DNA of 60,000 nucleotides from Squalus acanthias (Eukaryota). The stretch lies in assembly GCA_030390025.1 (NCBI GenBank), contig CM059437.1:20276001-20336000 (forward strand), in the 5' to 3' direction. Of the stretch, positions 50,700-60,000 are shown one piece after another. The position numbers were made by a program, and so were the translations under genes. Numbering within the stretch: position 1 is the stretch's first letter; every line of letters begins with the position of its first letter. The notes under the pieces were generated by a model, which worked only from the letters and a program-made list of their open reading frames with translations, had not been told where the DNA came from and searched no databases.

Positions 50700-51602
50700 G
50701 TTGGCCCTGTTCCGGTTCAGGTGCAACCCGTCCGACTTGTACAGGTCCCACCTTCCCCAGAAGCAGACCCAGTGATCCAGGAAACTAAAGCCTTCCCTCC
50801 TGCACCAACTCTTTAGCCACGCATTCATCTGCTCTATCCTCCTATTCCTTTACTCACTAGCACGTGGCACCGGCAGTAATCCAGAGATTACAACCTTTGA
50901 GGTCCTGCTTTTTAATCTGCTACCTAGCTCCCTAAATTCTTGTTGCAGGACCTCATCCCTCTTTCTACCCATGTCATTGGTACCAATGTGAACTACGACC
51001 TCTGACTGTTCGCCCTCCCCCTTCAGAATGCCCTGCAGCCGTTCAGTGACATCCTTGACCCTGGCACCAGGGAGGCAACATACGATCCTGGAGTCACGTC
51101 TGCGGCCACAGAAACGTCTTTCTGTTCCCCTTACGTTAGAATCCCCTATCACTATTGCTCTCCCACTCTTTTTCCTCCCCTCCTGTGCAGCTGAGCCACT
51201 CATAGTGCCATGGACTTGGCTCTTGCTGCATTCCCCTGAGAAACCATCTCCCCTATCAGTATCCAAAACGGAAAATCTGTTGGAGAGGGAGATGGACCCA
51301 GGGGACTCCTGCACTACCTTCCTAGTTCTTTTACTCTGTCTGGCGGTCACCCATTCCCTGTCTGCCTGTGCACTCTTTACCTGCGGTGTGATCACCTCAT
51401 TAAACGTGCTATCCACGAAGATCTCAGCTTCGCGGGTGCTCCACAGTGACTCCAGCCGCAGCTCCAGCTCCGAAACGCGGATTTCGAGTAGCTGCAGCTG
51501 GAGACACTTCCTGCACATGTGTTCGCCCTGGACACCTAAAGTGTCCCTGACTTCCCACATAGCACAGGAGGAGCACTCCACGCAGCCGAGCTGCCCTGCC
51601 AT
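50700..51602 (-). pseudogene. CR1 ORF1: Zn-finger, leucine zipper, SGNH/GDSL esterase
   Basis: CSSC...CRKC, LQLLEIRVSELELRLESL, IVIGDSNVRG, VHIGTND, DGLHLN. Stop codon at 50850. Confidence 0.9.
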
Positions 51603-51637
51603 GTCCTACCCTTAATTTACTCCCTTTACTTCCTTTA

Positions 51638-52752
51638 TAGAGTCATAGAGTTATACAGCACAGAAAGAGGCCCTTCGGCCCATCGTGTCCACGCCGGCCA
51701 TCAAGCCCTGTCTATTCTAATCCCATTTTCCAGCACTTGGTCCGTAGCCTTGTATGCTATGGCGTTTCAAGTGCTCATCTAAATGCTTCTTGAATGTTGT
51801 GAGGGTTCCTGCCTCTACCAGCCTTTCAGGCAGTGAGTTCCAGATTCCAACCACCCTCTGGGTGAAAAAGGTTTTCCTCAAATCCCCTCTAAACCTCCTG
51901 CCCCTTACCTTGAAACTATGCCCACTGGTTATTGACCCCTCTACTAAGGGGAAAAGTTCCTTTCTATCTACCCTATCTATGCCCCTCATAATTTTGTACA
52001 CCTCAATCAGGTCCCCCCTCAGCCTTCTCTGCTCTAAGGAAAAGAACCCCAGCCTGTCCAGTCTCTCTTCATAGCTGAAGCACTCCAGCCCATGTAACAT
52101 CCTGGTGAATCTCCTCTGCACCCTCTCCAATGCAATCACATCCTTCCTATAGTGTGGCGACCAGAACTGCACACAGTATTCCAGCTGTGGCCTAACTAGC
52201 GTTTTGTACAGCTCCATCATAACCTCCCTGCTCTTATATTCTATGCCTCGGCTAATGAAGGTAAGTATCCCATATGCCTTTTTAACCACCTTATCTACCT
52301 GTCCTGCTGCCTTCAGGGATCTATGTACATGCACTCCAAGGTCCCTCTGATCCTCTGCCCTTCCTAGGGTCCTACCATTCATTGTGTATTCCCTTGCCTT
52401 GTTAGTCCTCCCAAAATGCATCACCTCACACTTTTCAGGGTTAAATTCCATTTGCCACTGTTCTGCCCATCTGACCAACCCGTCTATATCGTCCTGTAGC
52501 CTGAGGCTTCCCTCCTCGCTATTTACCACTCCACCAATTTTCGTGTCATCTGCAAACTTACTGATCATACCTCCTACATTCATATCTAAATCATTAATGT
52601 ACACTACAAACAGCAAAGGACCCAGCACCGATCCCTGCGGTACACCACTGGACACAGGCTTCCAGTCACAAAAGCAACCTTCGACCATCACTCTCTGCCT
52701 CCTGCCACTAAGCCAATTTTGTGTCCAATGTGCCAAATCGCCCTGGATCCCA
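51638..52752 (-). mobile_element. Younger CR1 3' fragment (open 339-aa RT C-terminal frame 51717-52736) inserted upstream of ORF1
   Basis: SGVPQGSVLGP and FADD intact. Close to 48018-49100 but lacks its small deletions. Confidence 0.92.
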
Positions 52753-54064
52753 ATTTAATTTAATTTAAATTATAGAATATTAAATACACTAGGGACCTTA
52801 CTTCCCTTTAACACTACTTACTCTAAACTAGAGACCTTAGTTTGACTTTAATTTTAACAACTGGACTATAGAAATGCTCACCAGGTCCTACTTACCAATC
52901 AGCTCCTTCCCTGGTTGTGACGTCGGTTTCGCAGTTGTTGTTGTTTGACTGCTCCCGCTCTCGGACTCTTTCCTTGGTGTAAAGTAAGAACCAATTCCTA
53001 CGGGGTGAAAAGTTAGGAAAAACAAAGGCGAAGCAAGGGAGCTCCTCCTTCCACTCCTCACCTAACTCGCTTCTGTGACCCCAATTACTGGGATCAACCT
53101 GGAGCTATTGCATGGCACACTGTGGGCATGTGACTTCAGCTTACCTTCAGAAGTGCTGCAGACCTGCCCGCTTGAGTAACCCACGCTACAGGCTGCAGGT
53201 GCAAACTCCCAGCCTGTAACTTGGTTTCCCAGCTTAGGCATGCTCTGCATCAAATCTTGTCTGGATTGAAGTCCTGCCTCTGCTGTTTGCAGTACAACTG
53301 CACTGGGATGCACAAGGATGTTCCCATTAATTGGCTTCATTGGCGTCTTGCTAACAGAAATTGAAATTTCCAAAGGAAAAGTTGAAAAAGCATAATTCAT
53401 AATTTGGTTTACTCAAAGATTCTTTTAATTCCGACATCTTTACTTGCCCCAGACACAAGATGGAAATTTGGCATAATTCTGCATTGCTGCATACTTCACT
53501 TTGGACATATTAAACAGGATTGTCCTGTCATTCTTCGCCAGTTTAGTGCCAATACTGAGGTGGCCCGCAGAGGAAAATCAGGCAGGGACCCATCATGCTG
53601 GATCCTTGCCCATTTTTGTACTTTCTACGAGAAATTACAGATGTCAGAAGCACTTGCCCAAACATGGGCGAGCATATTCTAATGAAATCTTAATGGTAGA
53701 ATGATGTCAAATGTCACATTTTCATCATTATGGCCTTGGCAATGCTGGCCTTTGGGAACGTCTGTATACAATAGGAGTCCAGCGTTGCTAAATTTAAGTC
53801 CAAAGCTGGAGTCAAATTAGTAGCAGGACTATTGTTGTGGAATCTACACAGGTATACAATTAGATCATCATCATCATCTGCCTTTTCCTGGAGGCTGCTT
53901 GGCCCTTTAAGCTGCTGCAGTTGAATTTTAGCATTTGATTGGGTGCATATGCAGATTACTCTAATCCCAGATCAACTAGGGATGACTTTCCATGTGCACA
54001 GGAGCTACTGGTAGCCACACCTTCAGCATGTGCTGCTCTCCATTGTTAACAAACTGAATGACCT

Positions 54065-54490
54065 TGCTGTTAACCCCCAATGATGGGGTTGTGCGGGGGG
54101 AGTTTAAAAATTAAAACGGGGAACTTGTCCCCAACTAGTTGTGCACGCGCCCATTGCCATTTTTACGGCGGCGGGTTTCGTGTCGTGCAAGTGTCCTATC
54201 TTGGAGAGGTGGGGCATTTCATTAGCATATTCAAATGAGGCTTGCACAGTGCAATTGGAGCCTGATTTAAATTTAATGGTTGTCGTGCGGCTTTTCCAGG
54301 GCTTGGGAAACCTGGCAGTAAAAGGGAGCTGCCGGCTCAAGAAGGTAAGTGCTTTTTGCAGCATTCCTTGTGGGCCAGGAGGAGCCGGAGTGTGCCCCCC
54401 ATGGTCCCATAAGAAAGCCTTCAGCCTCCCCCCTGCCGATCGAGGCCTCTCTCGGTCCTTCTTTCCTGCAATGGCCTCCGCCAATCAAAA
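54065..54490. mobile_element. Partial Harbinger-type MITE
   Basis: ttaacccccaa start similar to 43127. Internal ggagccggag / aaggtaagt motifs resemble 46140-46570. No second TIR seen. Confidence 0.5.
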
Positions 54491-54653
54491 ATATTTATAT
54501 AGTGTGTATAAAACTACTGATTATTACTCCTCTTTTAGAAAGTGTTTATAAGCACAATTGGAGGTTCTTGTCTTCATTGTAGTAGTGTGCTTTTGTAATT
54601 AACAATGCTGGAAACACTCAGCAGGTCAGGCAGCATCGAGGAGAGAGAAACAG

Positions 54654-54690
54654 AGTTTACGTTTCGGGTCGAGGACCCTTCGTCAGAACT
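54654..54690 (-). ncRNA. Minimal hammerhead ribozyme (family B)
   Basis: Minus strand: agtt-CTGACGA-a-gggtc(ctc)gaccc-GAAACGTA-aact. Confidence 0.78.
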
Positions 54691-54986
54691 GGAAACGGTT
54701 GGAGAAGTAACAGATTTTTAAGCAAGTGCAGGGACAGAGAGGAGGGGATGAAAGAACAAAGGGAGGGACTGTGATAGGCTGGAAGGCAGGAGAGATTGAC
54801 TGACAAAAGGGATGATGGTGCAAAGCAAAAACCTTTCTTTTTTTTGCCTTGCACCATCATCCCTTTCGTCAGTCAACCTCTCCTGCCTTCCAGCCTATCA
54901 CAATCCCTCCCTTTGTTCTTTCCTCCCTTCCCCTCCTCCCTGCCCCTGCACTTGCTTAAAAATCTGTTATTTCTCTAACCTTTTCC

Positions 54987-55023
54987 AGTTCTGACGAAGG
55001 GTCCTCGACCTGAAACGTTGACT
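54987..55023 (+). ncRNA. Minimal hammerhead ribozyme (family B)
   Basis: agtt-CTGACGA-a-gggtc(ctc)gacct-GAAACGTT-gact. Confidence 0.75.
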
Positions 55024-55939
55024 CTGTTTTTCTTTCCTCGATGCTTTCCCAGTTAGAAGACATGTAAGTAACCCACTAATCCCCAGTTGGGATGAGAGTT
55101 GGGATGAGAGTGTTTCCAGCATTTTCCGTTGTTATTTCAGATTTCCAGCATCCGCAGTATTTTGCTCCTGTATTAGTGCTTTCGTAATTCTTGTTTTGAA
55201 CCTAGCTTTTATTTCATGTGTGGCATGCCCATTTTTCTCACATGGCCCCATTATTCATATTGGAATTTTGTTGTCCAAAATTGCCTCTAGCACAGCATAA
55301 TTCTGTCTTCTGTTGTTAGGTCTTTGAACCTGGTGCTCATTAATAACAGTTGCTGGATACCTCTCTAATCCAGTGATTTGCACATTGACATTGCGTTGAA
55401 TAAATTCTAGTGGTTAATATGCAACTCACTCTTTCAACATCTGATAAGATATTTAATTACAAAAATAATCCATTGGATTTGGCAGACATCTGAATGAAAC
55501 TATGAATCTTCCCAAGCCTAGTAAATAAGAATGTCCATTTCGATTGATTTATTGACTCGAAGCCCAAGATTTCAGAAGACCTTAAACTGAAACCTGTTAC
55601 TATAGTGTGCAAACAGGATTGAGGTGGTCTATATATGTGTGGGGAACCCGAGCAATCGGAGACCTTTCCCAGTTAGAAGACATGTAAGTAACCCACTAAT
55701 CCCCAGTTGGGATGAGAGTTGAATTCCAAATTCAAAACTGATGGAAATTAGAGCCAATTCAGATACTTAATGTTCAAGCTGTCTTTTCTCGCTCTCAGGA
55801 AACACTGTGTGTGCGTGTGTGTGTGTGCACGTGTACAAAATTTGCACATTGCACTTTATATAGCGGCAGGATGGTGGGTCTGATTCTTAGATGGAATGGT
55901 GAAAATGTATTCAATTCCTTTCCTTCGGTGATCTTGTGA

Positions 55940-56280
55940 TGGGGGAGTGAGCCTTTGGCGCAGTGGTAGCATTCCCGCCTCTGGGCCAGAAGGTGCAGGG
56001 TTCGAACCCCACTCCAGACAGTCCCAGCGAGTGGAGTCGGAGCTCCGGCTTTGAATTCTGGGTTGACATCCAGTGGGATACTCGTGTCTGGTGGTTGTGG
56101 GAGCCCATAAAACCCTCCCGCCGTATAGGACTAACCACCCTATCGGCTGGTATAAAGGTGGTTACGGCCATGGAAGGAGCGTTTAACGCGGGCTGTCAGA
56201 CTGTTATTCAGCCTGTGAATCCTCCCACTACTCCCAAAGAGAAGACACGGAAAGAAGGTGACGATAGGATGTGATAGGAT
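55940..56280 (+). mobile_element. tRNA-derived SINE with intact Pol III boxes
   Basis: A box TGGCGCAGTGG (55956) and B box GGTTCGAACCC (55999). Ends in a gataggat repeat. Not a complete tRNA cloverleaf. Confidence 0.75.
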
Positions 56281-56429
56281 GGTACATTTGTCTGATCTGT
56301 CATTACTTCTGCTCCTTAGTTTAGACTTTGGAATGGGCAGACCCCAAACCTTAAAGAGTTCATTAATAGGGAACTCAAGTGCTGCTATCGAATCTATCAG
56401 CCTATTCGGAAATCAGACAGAACAAAACA

Positions 56430-56646
56430 ACCTCATTTTCTTTCTCTTAATGTCTCTTAATCTCTCCTTTTGTTCTTTCATCCCCTCCCCCTTTTCCCAG
56501 CTTTATCCTTGCTCTAAATCTATTTGATTTCCTGCTGTCTCCAGTTCTGATGAAAGGTCTTCGACCTGAAACGTTAACTCTGTTTCTCTCTCCACGGATG
56601 CTGCCTCGCCTGCTGAGTTTTTCCAGCGTTTTCTGTTGTTATTTCT
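56430..56646 (+). mobile_element. Single (non-hairpin) family B PLE 3' fragment without the tail
   Basis: Homologous to 54900-55040 and 40622-40726. Confidence 0.8.
56543..56579 (+). ncRNA. Minimal hammerhead ribozyme (family B)
   Basis: agtt-CTGATGA-a-aggtc(ttc)gacct-GAAACGTT-aact. Confidence 0.8.
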
Positions 56647-57321
56647 CATTTTCTTTCTGTTGATTACAGTCACGAAGTCACTAAAATCTTTCCCTCAGCT
56701 TTGCCATTGCAAAAATGCACACAAGCTTGCAGACTGGCCTACTGTAAAGGAAACAGGAGTGCTGGATGTGAAACTCACCATTGAAAGAGTGGGACAAGTG
56801 GGCTCCTCATGCCCAACAAACCTACTTTGTCCAATGGAGCATGTATAGTTTGCAGTATCATACGCTGAAGGTTAAAGATAACCATAGGGAGAGAAAACTT
56901 AAATCTTGTTAATTACCTTTGGATTTGAGAGACAAGAAATCCTGGAAATCAATCTGTCATTATGGACTTGGCTCAAGTTTGATCCCTTCTGATTTGAAAA
57001 CTGCTCCAGTTTTAATCTAACCGGTGACCATAATAATATATCTATCTGAGAAGAGTGAGTAGTTTTAATGAAAAACTACATTTCTGTGAATACCTGAACT
57101 ATGGCTTTTGAAGTGTTGCATCTACTTTCAAAACTTCTATTTCAATGAAGCTGGTGACTCAATGTCATGGTATATGAGCAGGCTTATTTTTAGAAGGCTC
57201 TTTTAATGTGTGGTTGTCATGTTGTCATGCTGTTTGAAATGAATATTGACACTCCAGTATTTATAGTGAAGTTTCAGTGCAAATACATCAAAATCTGGGG
57301 TGTAATGAGATGAGTTGTGAG

Positions 57322-57483
57322 CAGTGTTCCCCGTAATTTTTTGGGGCCGCGCAGCCCCTTTAACGGGCTGCACGGCCCCTTCAAAAGTCCGTGCATGTGC
57401 ATTTTTTCAATTTAAAAGGTGGCTCACCGGCTGCGCGGGACCCCTGGAGTGCTGCGCAGCCGTGCAGCTTAAAGGGAACATTG
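57322..57483. mobile_element. hAT-type MITE
   Basis: TIRs cagtgttccc / gggaacattg. 8-bp TSD gttgtgag / gttgtgat (7/8). Confidence 0.8.
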
Positions 57484-60000
57484 GTTGTGATGAATAAATT
57501 GATGACAGATTATAACTTGGCTTTAAGACGGAATTAATCTACATAGTCATTCAGTGACGAAAAGTTGCCCAAACCAGAGAGAGCACTATTACTAGTATGT
57601 ATAATCGGAAGTAAGAATCACCATGCAACCAGATTTCATCTCAAAAATAAGCTTTGGCAAAAGAGATTTTTCATATTTAGAGGAAAGATCTCTTTAGAAT
57701 ATTTTTGGATCTGTTTGCTCAAAAATTGGGTTCATTTGGGCCAGGAACCGGCTCACCAATGTCAGGCGCTCAAGAGGAGGCGCTACATCGGATTTTCCAA
57801 TCGATGTCTCATCCTCTCATTTGAATAAGCTACCAACACATGAAATGCGTGTCTAAAAGTCTTGGCCTCTAGCAAACCTGGCCGGGGAGAATAAAATATG
57901 ACAGGGTAAGCAGTTCTTAAAGGGCTGCAGCCCACTATTAAAGGGGAAGGTCAGGTGGTGACAGAAAAGTGGACTAATTATTCACAATGGGAGAGCAGAA
58001 ACAAGTGGGCAGCGCTGCTACTTTTGATGGTGCAGGGTTCGAGATCCCGCTGTGGATGATGCATGAAAAGTGGTCGGCTCTATTTCGGGTTGAAGGTCAT
58101 GCTTCACTAAAATGACAGCTGCAAGCTGAGTTGATGCATTCACCCAGATCCCAGTTTAAATTATTTACACTTAATTCTTTTTGCTATAATCACAACTTTA
58201 ACTTGATTTCCCTTGTGCTATCAGTTGTATTATTTTCTTTCCTTAACCGTTTCCCACTACGTTATTTTCACCAATGTGCGTCACACTTGCACCCAGCGCT
58301 CCTTCACACATTTTCCTAATCCTGTCAGTTAATGATTTCCCATTTAATCTGTATCAGTATACACCTTCAATACACATTCATTCATACAGTTTTTCAATTT
58401 GCCCCTTATCCCTTCTCCAATATTTCCCTTGAATCTGTCCTGTTAATGTTGCTCATAATTTCCATTCAGTTTTCATCCAACATTCACTCTGTTACCATTA
58501 TTTCTTGCCATCCCTGATTCACCCAGGCTGCTTTGCAATTGGCCTAATGTTTGCTAGATTTAATTTTGGATTATTCACCTTTATCTTCCTCTTTGCCCTT
58601 TATTTCGCTTGTCTGCTGCTCTTTTCCCAACTGTTCCTGTGCAGCAAAAACTGGCAACTTTAGCCCTTTTTTGTTGCGGCTCCCTATTGTGGCAAAGTGG
58701 ACTGCTGCGTTGAAGCAGCTTGAGAGCAAGATTACATATGGATTCCTAGTACAGTACCATCTGATGTGCTGGTTGAATAATTACTTGTAGCTAAATATCT
58801 ATAGCATTACGAGAGCGGGGAAGCAAAGCTCAAGCAAATAGCGTTCTTGTTCAGAACATAGGCCCCGATTTGAATCCTGGGCCAGTTTTGGATGGGTGAG
58901 TGGTTGGGCAGCAGTGTCAGGGCTCCAGAAATGCAGGGTACCACTAAAGAAATAGGAGAGAAGATGAGAGAAGGAGTAGGCAAGTGGTGCCTCGCTCGGC
59001 TTTTTAAAAACCTGTAGATTGCTGGCAGGGGAGCCCCTTTAGGGAGGCGAGGAGCTCCATAGTTTTTAAGTACTGGGAAGAATGAGATGCAAAGAAGATG
59101 ATGCAATGAGTCCCTGTGTAATATGAATCTCTTCAGCATTTCAGAGCCAGTGATTACATTTTTTATGTTTCAGGTCTACATCTAAGAAGCATCTCTTTCC
59201 TCTTTGTAATCAATAGGAAAACTGATCCTCTTCATTTGCAGGCTGCAGCTAGTGGAATTATTCTGTGAGATTTGACAGCACACTCTATCTATGTCTTGCT
59301 CGTCTGTTCTAGCAGTGATTTGTAATTGTTTCATTTTTAGGGTCAGACTTGTCTGGGTTTTACTGTTGTAATAAGATGCTTAATAGCTTAATGAGCAATA
59401 GTATGTTTCCCATTGCTCTGTGGGGGGAATATATTCATCTCGTTGCATATTTGAGAGATGCTCAAGTGTCTGATTTTATCCCATTTGCCACAAGCCATGA
59501 ATGTGATGTGAGCCTTTCTTTTTAGTGCTCGTTAAAGAGATGGACGATTGTGCTGAACTGGAAGATTTTTCCATTTTGTATATAGTGACATGTGTACTTT
59601 GATACGATGACTTCAGACACTTGGGGCTGTAACGGAGCCACAGATTGTAAGTCCTTGGATAAAATAACACTGCTTTCTTGACACTTGCTTCAACTTATGC
59701 CCTTCCTGTCAGGCCCGGTACCCTGCAATTGAAATTAATGACTGATAAAACTCCAACCAGGGATAAGTGAGCTGGGATGTTCCTTTCACTTTTCAGCCCA
59801 AGTGACCTGAGCTAATCACAGTGACACCAGAATGGCAACATTCAATGGAAGGCCAAGCCTCTGGGTGCTGGTTTCAATATCTGGTTCCTCATCATATGAA
59901 GTGTTGTTGCCAAATGGTTTTATTTTAAGTGACTGAAGCTGTGTAAAGACTTCTCCTGCTCAGTCGTGATACATATTGTACTTGCATATTGTTAACTGAA

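Larger units (their letters stand above)
48018..53060 (-). mobile_element. Near full-length CR1 LINE with internal deletions and two nested same-family fragments; 5' end approximate
   Basis: 3' end at 48018. ORF2 pieces at 48090-49890 and 50266-50698. ORF1 at ~50700-51602. Putative 5' UTR resumes after 52752. Confidence 0.88.
54601..55175 (+). mobile_element. Older, longer hairpin PLE (family B) with 14-bp TSD
   Basis: Imperfect ~225-bp arms centred near 54835, with the same tail as 40724-40759. TSD gtgcttt(t/c)gtaatt at 54587-54600 and 55176-55189. Confidence 0.88.

Noticed and set aside
55950..56020. tRNA gene
   Set aside because: A and B boxes are present, but there is no convincing acceptor stem or 3' T-run. 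It continues as a SINE-like body.

Overview
Repeat-rich, apparently non-coding vertebrate DNA. The repeat mix (CR1, L2, Deu-type and tRNA SINEs, two-gene Harbingers, Penelope-like elements) points to a cartilaginous fish, which is an inference. I could not identify a host exon, so this is probably a large intron or intergenic DNA, and most ORF-track entries are spurious or antisense shadows. Main content: (1) a young Penelope-like element (PLE, 14535-18258) with an uninterrupted 802-aa RT + Cys-linker + GIY-YIG frame, ~957-bp inverted arms and a 12-bp TSD. (2) Three much smaller fold-back insertions of the same design (25336-25522, 40525-40759, 54601-55175): an inverted copy, then a direct copy with a ~35-nt unpaired tail, inside a TSD. 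All contain minimal hammerhead-ribozyme (HHR) sequence, and the two smallest fold back at the ribozyme itself. (3) A decayed two-gene Harbinger (6718-10884), an inverted pair of its deletion derivatives, a second Harbinger carrying a solo LTR, and several MITEs. (4) A near full-length CR1 with two same-family 3' fragments nested inside it, plus many LINE/SINE fragments. The most interesting signal is the graded series of HHR-bearing hairpin PLE insertions.
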